Assembly: GCA_027371545.1 (NCBI GenBank)
Contig: DAHXMW010000001.1
Location: 9,378 to 73,377 of the forward strand
Source of the DNA: Candidatus Micrarchaeota archaeon
GTDB lineage: Archaea; Micrarchaeota; Micrarchaeia; Micrarchaeales; CABMGC01
Reading direction: 5' to 3'
Length of the DNA stretch: 64,000 nucleotides
Positions within the stretch are counted from its first letter, which is position 1. Every line of letters begins with the position of its first letter. A program made the position numbers and the translations under genes. Below the pieces are notes generated by a model. It made no database searches. It was not told the origin of the DNA and worked only from the letters and a program-made list of their open reading frames with translations. Below, piece by piece: positions 1 through 10,193 of the stretch.

Positions 1-291
1 GCGGTGATGCGGCTATTATACCCCCTGCAATCTCCTTTTGGGTTAGCGCTCCCGCTAGCAATCGCAGTTGCATCACTGGCACTCGCGATCTCAAAATCAA
101 ACATTACCATAAAAAAGCCAAGGAGATTTATACACTCAAAATTTTATGTCTGCGACTTTCTTGCGGTTGAAGGATCTGCAAACCTAACCTACAACGGCAC
201 GCACAAAAACATAGAGCAGATATCTTATACGGAAGATGCAAAAAGGATCAGTGCTCTAAAGGATCAATTCGAAAAACTATGGGTGGATTAG
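1..291 (+). CDS. PLD-superfamily (HKD) domain protein, probably 5'-truncated by the window edge
   Basis: HSKFYVCD (HxKxxxxD) followed by GSANLT; hydrophobic segment just before; frame open from base 1. Confidence 0.7.
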   Translation, partial: AVMRLLYPLQSPFGLALPLAIAVASLALAISKSNITIKKPRRFIHSKFYVCDFLAVEGSANLTYNGTHKNIEQISYTEDAKRISALKDQFEKLWVD

Positions 292-977
292 CTAAAGCAG
301 ATTCTTACATCCCCAGAATAGTTAAACTGCGGCGCCTTTATGAATACACTTACTATAAAGCTGTCTTTTGTAGACGCAACGAAAGGGGTCTTTGGTTGGG
401 TGCTTACCAGCTCGAAAGGCTCGTTTATAGTAACTGAATTTACCTTGGACATATAACTTCCAACTTTGTAAAACTGCAGATCCTTCCTGAATACCTGCCC
501 CCTCTGTATCTTTATGGTTGTAGCGGTGTTCTCCAGATCCGACTTTCTGCCTGGAAATTCAAGCGTATACTTGCTTATATTGAGCGTTACTTCCTCTGAT
601 GTGTCGTTCCCAAAATCTATCGAAATAGGCCCATCATAGTTCATCTGCGGGCCCTGTACAGTAAGCCTTATGTTCTCCTTAGACATATATCCTACCTTTA
701 TTGGGAGGCTTGGCTCTATTCCAATGACCTTGAACGGGCTGCTGACCTTTATATCCTTAAGCGTTACGGTAGGGCCTCTTATGTTCTCAGGGAGCATTCC
801 GCTCCCCATCTTATTCTGGAACGGTATATTTATATCAAAAACATTCGTAGTAGAGGTTACGCCGGGCATTGCATGGACGCTGCCCATAAACTTAATGTCT
901 ATGGAACTGAGCCTGATCGTAAATCCACTACTGCGCCCAAGAAATCTGCCTAAAAATGAAATACCCATAAGGCTCAC
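288..977 (-). CDS. Hypothetical protein with two tandem beta-rich repeats
   Basis: 229-aa ORF; repeated pattern PF..I/V...P..P...P..NY.G...I.F in both halves. Confidence 0.7.
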   Translation of the reverse strand: MSLMGISFLGRFLGRSSGFTIRLSSIDIKFMGSVHAMPGVTSTTNVFDINIPFQNKMGSGMLPENIRGPTVTLKDIKVSSPFKVIGIEPSLPIKVGYMSKENIRLTVQGPQMNYDGPISIDFGNDTSEEVTLNISKYTLEFPGRKSDLENTATTIKIQRGQVFRKDLQFYKVGSYMSKVNSVTINEPFELVSTQPKTPFVASTKDSFIVSVFIKAPQFNYSGDVRICFS

Positions 978-1079
978 CAGTGTAAATAATCAGACCCTGT
1001 ATCCAGATATAAAACTAATGCTGTCAAGTTTTATAAACTAATACTTGAAATTGTCTCTATACAGCAAAATAGTGATTTT

Positions 1080-1544
1080 TTGGTAGCATTAAACGATAAA
1101 GCTCCGGACTTCAATCTTCCAGGCTCTGATGGGAAAAAGCATTCGCTTAAGGAATTTGCAGGAAGGTATTTGGTAATATACTTCTATCCAAAGGACGATA
1201 CCCCAGGATGCACCGTCGAAGCGATAGGCTTTACAAAAGCCCTTGAAGATCTACGTACAATGGGGTGCGAGGTCGTAGGCATAAGCAGCGACGACGAAAG
1301 ATCTCACCTTAGATTCTGCGAAAAGCGCAGCCTAAAGCATCTGCTTTTATCAGACGAGTCGCATGAGACCATAAAAGCTTATGGTGCTTACGGGAGCCGC
1401 GGCATTTTTGGGATGGGGACGCAGCGGAAGACATACATACTGGATGGCACAGGGACGGTGATAAAGATATTCGAAAAGGTAAATCCAAAAGGCCATGAGA
1501 AAGAGATACTTGATTTCATAGAAAGCGCGCAGAAAAAGAGGTAA
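1080..1544 (+). CDS. bcp: Peroxiredoxin, BCP/PrxQ family
   Basis: YFYPKDDTPGCTVEA active-site motif; TTG start after AGTGAT. Confidence 0.95.
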   Translation: MVALNDKAPDFNLPGSDGKKHSLKEFAGRYLVIYFYPKDDTPGCTVEAIGFTKALEDLRTMGCEVVGISSDDERSHLRFCEKRSLKHLLLSDESHETIKAYGAYGSRGIFGMGTQRKTYILDGTGTVIKIFEKVNPKGHEKEILDFIESAQKKR

Positions 1545-1548
1545 TCCG

Positions 1549-4083
1549 ATGTCTAAGGGAAAAAATATAGCAAAACGGCTCTCTGATTACGAAATAAGGC
1601 CGAGCAATTACTGCATAACCATAAAGCCTGATGCGCGCACTTTCACCTTCTCGGGGCACGAAATAATAAGCGCAGAGTGCAAAAGCCCTATGAAAGAAAT
1701 ACGACTTAACTCATCGGAGATAAAGATAAAGAGCGCCTTTGTAGAATCTAAGGATGGGGAAGAGAAGGCGAGGGTCACCGAAGAAAAAGATCTACAACGC
1801 ATACGCTTATCCCTAAGCAGCAGAGTGCGCGGAAAGATAAAAATAAAGCTTGAGTTCGAGGGGACAAACAACGATGGCATGTACGGGTTCTACAGGAGTA
1901 CATACTCAAATAATGGGAAAAAGTGCACGCTTCTATCCACTCAGTTTGAAGCAACGAATGCGAGAAATGCCTTCCCATGCTTCGATGAGCCTGAACTCAA
2001 GGCTACTTTCGACATATCGCTTGTAGTAGACAAAAAACAGGACTGCATATCAAACATGCCTGAGGCAGAATCGATGGACATGGGAAATGGAAAGAAAGCA
2101 GTAATATTCAAGCGCACTCCAAAGATGTCTACGTATCTTGTCTATTTCGGAGTGGGCAACTTCGACATCCTAAGCTCAAAAATGGGAAATCTTGAAGTGA
2201 GAGTAATATCCACGCCTGGAAAGAGGCAGCTGTGTGCGCTTGCAATGGATTACACCAAGAAATTTGTTGCCTTCTATGAAAAATACTTCGGGATAAAATA
2301 TCCACTTCCAAAACTTGACATGATAGCCATACCTGACTATGCTGCAGGCGCAATGGAAAACTGGGGTGCGATAACATTCAGGGAAATAAATCTCCTAGCA
2401 GACGAGAGGACTTCAGAAGCCGCGAAGCAGAGAATAGCCGAGGTGATAGCCCATGAGCTTGCCCACCAATGGTTCGGCGACCTTGTTACTATGAAGTGGT
2501 GGAATGACCTATGGCTGAACGAGAGCTTTGCCACATTCATGAGCTACAAAGCACAGGATGCACTATTCAAGGAGTGGAAGATAAGCGAGCAGTTCCTAGA
2601 GAAGGTAACATCCTCCGCACTAGGGGCGGATCAGCTTGAATCAACGCATCCAATAAGCGTCGAGGTAAATTCTCCAGAGGAAATAGACCAGATATTCGAT
2701 TCCATAAGCTATGAAAAGGGATGCAGTGTGCTCAAGATGGTAGAGGATTATGCCTCGGAAAGCACATTCAGGAAAGGCTTGAGAAACTACCTGAAGAAGC
2801 ACTCGTACTCAAATGCAACCAAAGATGACCTATGGGGCGCAATACAAGATGCCGCCGATAAGGAAGGCGCAAAGAAAAAGATAATCGAGGTAGCGCAGGC
2901 ATGGATTGAAAACCCGGGATATCCAATAGTAAGCGTCTCAAATTCTGGAACAGGTCTATCAGTATCGCAGGAGAGGTACTTCCTATTGAAAGACAAGAGG
3001 AGCAATACGCTTTGGCCCATCCCTATTTCCTATAATGCATCGAAAGGCAGCGTCTCATTCCTTCTCGAAAAGAGAGGCGGGAGCATACGCGATGCAAAAG
3101 ATGGGCTGATAAATGGAGACAGGACGGGATTCTACAGAGTCAGGTATTCAAAAGGTATATTAGAAGAATTATCTGGCAGGATGGCTAAACAAGAACTAAG
3201 CGGCAAGGAAGAGTGGGGGATAATAAGCGACCTTTTCGCTCTCGCAAGATCTGGAAGAATAAAAGCTGAAGAGTACTTGGATTTCGCGGAAAATCACCAT
3301 GAAGAGCTCAGCTACCCCGCAAACTCTGCAAATCTACGCCATATGATATGGCTCTCAAAAATGCTTCCTGATGGTGATGAAAGAAAGAGGGCCATCAAAC
3401 TCACCGCGGAGTGCGGTTTCTCTATCCTGAAGCAGCTCGGCTGGTCCAAGAAAAAGGGCGAGTCAATAATAAGCACAATGCTAAGGGGCAACGCCATCTA
3501 CGCATCGGCATTCGGTGGCAACGCAGAAGTCATATCCAAAGCGAAGAAGCTTTTTGGGGAGTACATGCGCCAAAGCCCCGCTGCAGACCCTAACCTAATG
3601 GGTTCCATATACAGCATAAATGCAATGTATGGCGGTAGCAAGGAATTCTCAAGATTTATAAGCAGATTCAAGGAGGCCAGAATGCCCGAGGAGAAACTCA
3701 GAATACTCGGTGCAATAGGCCAATTCAGGGACAAGAAGCTCCTCGAAAGGGCACTATACTTATCAACATCAAATGAGATTCGCAAGCAGGATTCGATATA
3801 CATACCTGCTTCGGTGTCTTCAGATCCTTCAAACCTTGATCTCCTGTGGGTATGGGAGACTAAGAACTGGAAGACGCTAATGAGTAATTACGCCAGCGGC
3901 ACTCATATGCTGGGCAGGTATATAGAAAACTTCGGGTATTCATCAAGCAGGGAGACAATCAACAGAATAAACGGCTTCTTCGGAAAGAAGGAGAACATGC
4001 GCAACGATCTAAAGAAGCCGATACGGCAGACAGCCGAGATAATAGCCTCCAACGCAAACTTTTCAGCTGCAAATTCCCATTGA
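1549..4083 (+). CDS. M1-family zinc aminopeptidase (tricorn-interacting factor F2/F3-like)
   Basis: GAMENWG and HELAHQW..18..E (WLNESFA) motifs. Confidence 0.95.
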   Translation: MSKGKNIAKRLSDYEIRPSNYCITIKPDARTFTFSGHEIISAECKSPMKEIRLNSSEIKIKSAFVESKDGEEKARVTEEKDLQRIRLSLSSRVRGKIKIKLEFEGTNNDGMYGFYRSTYSNNGKKCTLLSTQFEATNARNAFPCFDEPELKATFDISLVVDKKQDCISNMPEAESMDMGNGKKAVIFKRTPKMSTYLVYFGVGNFDILSSKMGNLEVRVISTPGKRQLCALAMDYTKKFVAFYEKYFGIKYPLPKLDMIAIPDYAAGAMENWGAITFREINLLADERTSEAAKQRIAEVIAHELAHQWFGDLVTMKWWNDLWLNESFATFMSYKAQDALFKEWKISEQFLEKVTSSALGADQLESTHPISVEVNSPEEIDQIFDSISYEKGCSVLKMVEDYASESTFRKGLRNYLKKHSYSNATKDDLWGAIQDAADKEGAKKKIIEVAQAWIENPGYPIVSVSNSGTGLSVSQERYFLLKDKRSNTLWPIPISYNASKGSVSFLLEKRGGSIRDAKDGLINGDRTGFYRVRYSKGILEELSGRMAKQELSGKEEWGIISDLFALARSGRIKAEEYLDFAENHHEELSYPANSANLRHMIWLSKMLPDGDERKRAIKLTAECGFSILKQLGWSKKKGESIISTMLRGNAIYASAFGGNAEVISKAKKLFGEYMRQSPAADPNLMGSIYSINAMYGGSKEFSRFISRFKEARMPEEKLRILGAIGQFRDKKLLERALYLSTSNEIRKQDSIYIPASVSSDPSNLDLLWVWETKNWKTLMSNYASGTHMLGRYIENFGYSSSRETINRINGFFGKKENMRNDLKKPIRQTAEIIASNANFSAANSH

Positions 4084-4097
4084 TAGAGTGAATACTT

Positions 4098-5408
4098 ATG
4101 GATACAAACAATAAAGCGCTCGAGCTACATAAGCGCAGCAAGGGCAAGATAGAGATAATCCCAAAAGTGCCACTTAGCAATTCAGATGAACTCTCCGAGT
4201 TCTATACTCCTGGTGTAGCATCAGTATCAAACGCTATAAGCGCAGAGCCTGAGAAAGCATACGAGTATACCTCAAAATCTAATATGGTCGCAATAGTATC
4301 AGACGGAACGCGGGTCCTTGGCCTTGGAAATGTAGGTCCGGAAGCAGCAATTCCAGTAATGGAAGGGAAATCTGCAATATTTAAGAGGTTTGGCGGGATA
4401 GATGCCGTGCCGATATGCATAGCAGAGAGGGACGAAGAGAAGATAATAGGTCTGGTAAAGGCCATCTCCCCGTCTTTTGGGGCAATAAACATAGAGGATA
4501 TTGAGTCACCAAAGTGCTTCAGGATACTCGAGAGGCTTCAGAAGGAGCTCGATATACCTGTCTTCCACGATGACCAGCAGGGTACCGCTGCAGTTGTTCT
4601 TGGCGGGATAATCAACTCACTAAAGCTTTCAGGGAAGGGAAAAGGCTCAAAGATTGTAATACTCGGTGCGGGCGCCGCAGGCTATGGAATTGCAAGGCTG
4701 CTTCTCACGCGTGGCTTCAGTAATATAATTGTTGTAGATTCAAGCGGTGCAATATACAAAGGCCGCAAGGAAGACATGACTCCAGAAAAGGTGCGAATAG
4801 CCGAGGCCACAAACAAGGGAATGTTCACAGGCTCGCTTGACAGCGCAATGGAAGGTGCAGATATATTCATTGGGGTCTCATCAAAAGGCAAGATAACAAA
4901 GGAGAACATAAGCAGCATGGCCGAGAGGCCTATAGTGTTTGCCCTATCAAATCCATACCCAGAAATAAGCTATGAAGATGCGGTAGACGCAGGCGCTTTC
5001 ATAGTAGCTACTGGAAGAAGCGATAAACCAAACCAGGTAAACAACCTCCTCGCTTTTCCAGGAATCGTAAGGGGGCTGCTGGAGACTAGGGCACATGCAA
5101 TAACGGAAAACACTTTACTGGCAGCAGCAGAAGAGATAGCGCACTCGGTAGGAAAGAATCTAGCTGCAGAACACATACTGCCAAGGATCGGAGACAGAGG
5201 CTTCGAGACCTCTGTAGCGCCCAAGGTTGCCGCTGCAGTAGCAGAGGCAACAGTATCACAGGGATTGTCAAGGATAAAGGTAAGCAGGGATGAAGTGCTC
5301 TCATCAGCAAGGTCTGCAATCAGGCGCTATATTAGAATAGAGGCCAAGCTTGTAAAGAAAGGATTCTATGAGAGAGAAGGTAATCCCATGGAACGCAGCA
5401 AAGCCTGA
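4098..5408 (+). CDS. NAD(P)-dependent malic enzyme
   Basis: DGTRVLGLGN, PVMEGK, FHDDQQGT, GAGAAG, ALSNP, ATGRSD.PNQVNN. Confidence 0.95.
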   Translation: MDTNNKALELHKRSKGKIEIIPKVPLSNSDELSEFYTPGVASVSNAISAEPEKAYEYTSKSNMVAIVSDGTRVLGLGNVGPEAAIPVMEGKSAIFKRFGGIDAVPICIAERDEEKIIGLVKAISPSFGAINIEDIESPKCFRILERLQKELDIPVFHDDQQGTAAVVLGGIINSLKLSGKGKGSKIVILGAGAAGYGIARLLLTRGFSNIIVVDSSGAIYKGRKEDMTPEKVRIAEATNKGMFTGSLDSAMEGADIFIGVSSKGKITKENISSMAERPIVFALSNPYPEISYEDAVDAGAFIVATGRSDKPNQVNNLLAFPGIVRGLLETRAHAITENTLLAAAEEIAHSVGKNLAAEHILPRIGDRGFETSVAPKVAAAVAEATVSQGLSRIKVSRDEVLSSARSAIRRYIRIEAKLVKKGFYEREGNPMERSKA

Positions 5409-5414
5409 CATAGC

Positions 5415-6635
5415 CTACCTGTTTATCTTCGTAGTAAACATGCCATTATAGCTTATGGCAAGCACTTTAGGAGAAGGTTCATTAGCTGTCTTTAAGTAAG
5501 AGACCCCGTAGAAAGAGAGCAGAGGGAAGAGGTATATAACTAGCAACGTTCCCGCGGGCAACGCAACGATGGCAAGAAGCAGTAGGCAGATCCCAAGCCT
5601 TGAGAAGTTCAGGTAATACTCCCTATTTATCCAGAAAAGCGATCTGTCTATTCCATGCTCCTTCTCCACAAGGACAAGGAAATTTGTCGTAGCCTTATTA
5701 TTGAGTGGCGCATTAACAAGGGCGTATACGAACGAGAAGAAGAATACATTTATAGGCGGCGGCATGAAAGCCGGGAAGACTAGAAACAAGCTGGAGGCTA
5801 TCGTAGCAACAATGCCTATCCTAACAAAAGCATTCCACCTCTTGAATCCTTTCCTAAAAATGAGCCCAGAGACTGTGGAAACTAGAAGCGTAAAACTTAC
5901 ATAAACTCCTACAAGAAAGTAGTTTGAAGTTATCTGGAATACGTATATCGGCATTACTATAGAAAACGGCACCGCGAAGAGCTGGCTGAAGAAAAAGAGG
6001 CTCTTGAAGTCAGAGTATCCATAAACTTTTATCATGGTGTCCCTGAGCCTGAATTTCCTACCCTGCTGTATGTTGTGCACATCAAGTTTTCGTATCGCAA
6101 GCGCAGAAGAGAGCAGTACCGCAGCAGCAACTGCGAAGTCTATTATAAACCTGCTGCTGCCAGTGGTACCTGCAAACTGAACCAGCGTTCCTCCTAAAAG
6201 AGGCGAGATCATGGCTATTACGCTGCTAAGCGCATTTATGGTTGAGATGAGCGCAAACCTATTCCTCTTCAGTGTTATGTCATAGAGGATATTGTTGCTT
6301 CCAGCCCAGAAGAGACCGCTAGAAAGGCCGTATACGAATCCGAATATCAGTACATTTGAAAAATACCCTATCGCCACTATGAGTGCAATCAGTATTGCTA
6401 TCCTGAACACTTCCCCGGCAATGAATAAGTCCCTTGGCATAAACTTGTTCATTAGGTATCCTGAGAGAGTGAACATCAGGAAGAGCCCTGCGGTCAATGC
6501 GAGCTGGAAATACAAGACTGCAGCGTATGATCCCGAAGAGAAGAAGAAAAGGTTAAGGAAGACGCCAACTATCCCCTGTGAGAATGTGAAGAGAAGGAAA
6601 GATATGTAATATCTTCTTATATTGTCAAGATTCAT
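5415..6635 (-). CDS. MFS-type transporter
   Basis: 406 aa with about 12 hydrophobic segments in two halves. Confidence 0.75.
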   Translation of the reverse strand: MNLDNIRRYYISFLLFTFSQGIVGVFLNLFFFSSGSYAAVLYFQLALTAGLFLMFTLSGYLMNKFMPRDLFIAGEVFRIAILIALIVAIGYFSNVLIFGFVYGLSSGLFWAGSNNILYDITLKRNRFALISTINALSSVIAMISPLLGGTLVQFAGTTGSSRFIIDFAVAAAVLLSSALAIRKLDVHNIQQGRKFRLRDTMIKVYGYSDFKSLFFFSQLFAVPFSIVMPIYVFQITSNYFLVGVYVSFTLLVSTVSGLIFRKGFKRWNAFVRIGIVATIASSLFLVFPAFMPPPINVFFFSFVYALVNAPLNNKATTNFLVLVEKEHGIDRSLFWINREYYLNFSRLGICLLLLAIVALPAGTLLVIYLFPLLSFYGVSYLKTANEPSPKVLAISYNGMFTTKINR

Positions 6636-6649
6636 TCTCCCATCTTGGG

Positions 6650-7078
6650 TTACTTCGCATTAACCCCAAGCAGCGCCACATCTGCGGCACTGCCCTCGTG
6701 AAATTTAAGATCCAAGAATCGGCGTATAATAACACCGTTCTCTCTTGCAAAAGTCTCAATACTTTCCCTTCTGTCAGAGAAGACCAGGAAGTCTCCTGCG
6801 TCATTAACGCTACACTCGGATAAGGCCTCATCTATCCTGTCGCTTCCGCTTATGAATAGCATCATCTCTATATTTACGTTACCAGAAGCCATTCCGCCTT
6901 CGCTAAGCCTAACATATGCATTCAGATACGATGGCAGAAGGCGTTCCAGAAACTCCTCCTTGTTCTTAAGGAGCAGCATAAATCGCCCTTTTCCGAAAGA
7001 AGAAGCAGCTCCCTTCAACTTTTCAGCATCAACCTCGGAAGTGCATTCTGCAGCGCATCCTGGGCCAACGGGATCCAT
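6650..7078 (-). CDS. cgi121: KEOPS complex subunit Cgi121-like
   Basis: N.NIEMMLFISGSDRIDEAL resembles the Cgi121 E.LL..SG..QI.EA motif; size fits. Confidence 0.65.
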   Translation of the reverse strand: MDPVGPGCAAECTSEVDAEKLKGAASSFGKGRFMLLLKNKEEFLERLLPSYLNAYVRLSEGGMASGNVNIEMMLFISGSDRIDEALSECSVNDAGDFLVFSDRRESIETFARENGVIIRRFLDLKFHEGSAADVALLGVNAK

Positions 7079-7200
7079 CAACTCACAAAATTACCTTGGA
7101 TTCTTAAGTTAAAAAACCTGCTCTATAATCGTGCGCTGCAGCTATAGGTTTAAAATCTTTCCCATACATATCTTATTTTAAAAACACCATAGTGTATATT

Positions 7201-7596
7201 ATGAGCCAGTTCGGATCACAACTCCATTCAAGCTCCTCAAGGAAATTGTCAGGGAGCGGGAAGAAGAGGAACAAGAACAAGGATAAAAAGCGACATGAGA
7301 TGGGGGGATACTTTTCCGCTACAAAGCTAGGCGCAGAGAACAGCCACAAGAAAGTAAGAGGAAGGGGCGGATCGCTTAAGGATAAGCTCAAATACGCGGC
7401 AACAGTAAACCTGCTTACAAAAAGCGGATATAAGAAGACCAAGATAAAAGCAGTAGTCGAATCAAAAGACAACCGCAACTTCGCAAGGCTCAACGTCATA
7501 ACCAAGGGGTCTGTAATAGATACGGATCTAGGCAAGGCTGTGGTAACTAGCAGGCCCGGAAGCAGTGCAGTAATAAACGCGCGGCTGATAGAGTAA
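7201..7596 (+). CDS. rps8e: 30S ribosomal protein eS8
   Basis: VRGRGG, R.NVITKG.VI.T.LG.A.VTSRPG motifs. Confidence 0.95.
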   Translation: MSQFGSQLHSSSSRKLSGSGKKRNKNKDKKRHEMGGYFSATKLGAENSHKKVRGRGGSLKDKLKYAATVNLLTKSGYKKTKIKAVVESKDNRNFARLNVITKGSVIDTDLGKAVVTSRPGSSAVINARLIE

Positions 7597-7605
7597 GGTG
7601 ATGCA

Positions 7606-7980
7606 ATAAGCGCAGTTGTCTATTCTTGCAGCGCGGCAGACGCGGAGAAGCTCAGGCATATCCTCTCATACGACCCATATCTTGACAAATCCATCTCCGC
7701 TGAGAAGCTAAGTGAGATAAAAAAGGACAACTCTGCGAATGTCATATTTGCCAGGCAGGATTATCAACTCAAGGATGGGGTATCTCTTGGGCTTGACAGG
7801 GAGAAATATTACCTTTATATATCAGCAACAGACGAATTCCTCTCAGAAGCAGATAAGAAACTCAAGCAGGAGATACCAAGCATAGAGAAGGTGGATGCTG
7901 CCTTAACGGACAGGATTGTATCAGAACTGGACAAGGAAAGGTCGATGAGCGAGCACGGCCTCGGCCTTATTTTCGGTTAG
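7606..7980 (+). CDS. Hypothetical protein (124 aa), probable ATA start; absent from ORF track
   Basis: Stop-free frame (M)SAVVYSCSAADAEKLRHILSYDPY...GLGLIFG* fills the rps8e-argF gap; GGTG 5 nt before ATA. Confidence 0.75.
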   Translation: MSAVVYSCSAADAEKLRHILSYDPYLDKSISAEKLSEIKKDNSANVIFARQDYQLKDGVSLGLDREKYYLYISATDEFLSEADKKLKQEIPSIEKVDAALTDRIVSELDKERSMSEHGLGLIFG

Positions 7981-7990
7981 GCGGTGCCGG

Positions 7991-8890
7991 ATGAACCTGA
8001 CCAAGATTACAAGGCTCTCCGCAAATGAGATAAATAATATATTCGACATCTCCGACGCAATAAAATCTGGCAGGCAAACGGCAGCCATGGAAAGGAAAGT
8101 CTTGGCTCTGCTTTTCGAAAAGCCTTCCACAAGGACCCGCGTCTCTTTTGAGGCTGCGATGGCTAGGCTGGGCGGAAGCTCAATATACATAGACAAAAAT
8201 ACATCACAGCTCTCCAGGGGTGAGACTATCGGCGATACTGCAATGGTGCTGAGCCAGTATGTCGATTTCATAGCTGCAAGGATGTATAAGCAGCAAGATC
8301 TGGAAGATCTTGCATCTTCATCCACAGTGCCTGTAATAAACGCGCTTACTGATCTGGAGCACCCATGCCAGGCCATAAGCGATATGTACACGATGAGGGA
8401 GAAGGCAGGTGCGCTCGGAGGGAAAAAACTTGCGTTTGTAGGTGATATAGCCGCAAACACTGCAAACTCGCTTCTGGTAGGATGCACGACCATGGGTATG
8501 CAGGTTACCTTGGTGGGGCCTGAAGGCTGCAAGCCAAACGCCGAGTATCTATCGATAGCGAAGAAGAGGGGTACCGTGGAAGTCACTGTAGACATGCAAC
8601 ATGGCTTAGAAAGCGCCGATTTCATATATACCGATACGTTTGTGAGCATGGGACAGGAGGCTGAGGCAGAGAAGCGGAAAGCAGAATTCAGGGAATTCCA
8701 GCTTAATACCCGTGCGCTCTCTTATGCAAAGAAGACAGCTTTAGTGATGCATTGTCTCCCTGCCCACAGGGGCGAGGAGATAACATCTGATGTTCTAGAT
8801 GGAAAGAGGAGCATAGTTGCCCTTCAGGCAAAGAACAAGATGATAGTGGAAGGTGCTATCCTAATCCATCTTTCCCAAAATAATGGTTGA
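7991..8890 (+). CDS. argF: Ornithine carbamoyltransferase
   Basis: FEKPSTRTR, HPCQ, YTDTFVSMG, MHCLP motifs. Confidence 0.95.
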   Translation: MNLTKITRLSANEINNIFDISDAIKSGRQTAAMERKVLALLFEKPSTRTRVSFEAAMARLGGSSIYIDKNTSQLSRGETIGDTAMVLSQYVDFIAARMYKQQDLEDLASSSTVPVINALTDLEHPCQAISDMYTMREKAGALGGKKLAFVGDIAANTANSLLVGCTTMGMQVTLVGPEGCKPNAEYLSIAKKRGTVEVTVDMQHGLESADFIYTDTFVSMGQEAEAEKRKAEFREFQLNTRALSYAKKTALVMHCLPAHRGEEITSDVLDGKRSIVALQAKNKMIVEGAILIHLSQNNG

Positions 8891-8894
8891 TTAA

Positions 8895-9587
8895 ATGGCC
8901 CAGAAGAAAATAATGTGCCTCTCCCTCGGGGGGAGCATTATATCCCGCGACACAGGCGTTAACGTTGAATACAGCAAGAAGCTCTCAGCTCTTATAGATC
9001 ACTTCAGGGACAAATACAAGTTTATAATAGTTGTCGGAGGCGGATATGCCAGCCGCTTATACATACAGTCAACAAAGAATATAATAGAGAACAACTCCCT
9101 TCTTGATCAAGTCGGAATAGCATTTACAAGGATAAATGCGCTCATACTCAAGGATCTGCTTGGCAATCTCAGCGTATACCCGAACGTTATAACTAGCCTG
9201 GAAGAGCTGAAGAACTCTCTTAGCATGAATGACATAGTGGTACTCGGGGGACTGCTACCAGGGATATCTACCGATGCCGTATCGGTACTAGCATGCGAGG
9301 TTACAAACAGCAAGCTCCTGATAAATGTCAGCGCCACATCCTACGTATATGACAAGCCGCCATCAGAGGAAGGCGCAAAGAAGCTCAAGAACCTGACCCA
9401 TGAGCAGCTTGTAGAGCTTGCATACAAATACGACCAGAGAGAAGCTGGCTCGCATTTCATACTGGATCTGGTAGCAAGCAAGCTGGCAAAGAGATCCAAG
9501 ATAGAGATACGCTTCGTTGACGATAATATAGAAAACCTCTATGCTGCAATAGAAGGCAGGGAGCACAACGGCACCACCGTTAAGTGA
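8895..9587 (+). CDS. pyrH: UMP kinase (archaeal type)
   Basis: SLGGS, VVGGG, PGISTDAV amino-acid-kinase fold motifs. Confidence 0.9.
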   Translation: MAQKKIMCLSLGGSIISRDTGVNVEYSKKLSALIDHFRDKYKFIIVVGGGYASRLYIQSTKNIIENNSLLDQVGIAFTRINALILKDLLGNLSVYPNVITSLEELKNSLSMNDIVVLGGLLPGISTDAVSVLACEVTNSKLLINVSATSYVYDKPPSEEGAKKLKNLTHEQLVELAYKYDQREAGSHFILDLVASKLAKRSKIEIRFVDDNIENLYAAIEGREHNGTTVK

Positions 9588-9606
9588 AGCCCAAAGAGAG
9601 CATTCT

Positions 9607-10182
9607 ATGCAGATGAACGGCGCAATAAAAAGATGTGATTGGGCGTCAGGGGATTCAGCGTATATAAAATACCACGATACTGAATGGGGCGTCCCTGTAC
9701 ACGATGACAGGAAGATATTCGAATTTCTAATCTTGGAAGGTGCCCAGGCAGGCCTAAGCTGGCTTACTGTATTGAGAAAGCGCGAGAACTACCGTAAAGT
9801 CTTCGATATGTTCAATCCTGAGAAGGTAGCTTCCTACGGCAAAGATAAAGTACTATCCATCCTCTCTGACAAAGGAATAATAAGAAATCGCCTAAAGGTT
9901 GAGGCTGCAGTATCAAATGCACAAGCATTTCTAAGAGTCAAAGAAGAGTTCGGGAGCTTCGATTCTTACATATGGGGATTTGTAGGGCACAAGACGATAA
10001 GAAACAACTGGGAAGATACGAGCCAGATACCATCACGCAGCATAGAGTCTGAAAAGATGAGCATGGATATGAGACGCCGTGGATTCAAATTCGTAGGGAG
10101 TACCATATGCTATGCGCATATGCAAGCAACAGGTATGGTAAACGACCATATAACTTCCTGTTTCAGGTACACGCAGCTGTAA
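9607..10182 (+). CDS. tag: DNA-3-methyladenine glycosylase I
   Basis: RC.W...YHDTEWG, LEGAQAGLSW, IIRNRLK, GMVNDH...C. Confidence 0.95.
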   Translation: MQMNGAIKRCDWASGDSAYIKYHDTEWGVPVHDDRKIFEFLILEGAQAGLSWLTVLRKRENYRKVFDMFNPEKVASYGKDKVLSILSDKGIIRNRLKVEAAVSNAQAFLRVKEEFGSFDSYIWGFVGHKTIRNNWEDTSQIPSRSIESEKMSMDMRRRGFKFVGSTICYAHMQATGMVNDHITSCFRYTQL

Positions 10183-10193
10183 ATATGGTGCTC

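Noticed and set aside
1..291. PLD nuclease as part of a defence system
   Set aside because: Gene is cut by the window edge and the visible neighbours give no defence context.
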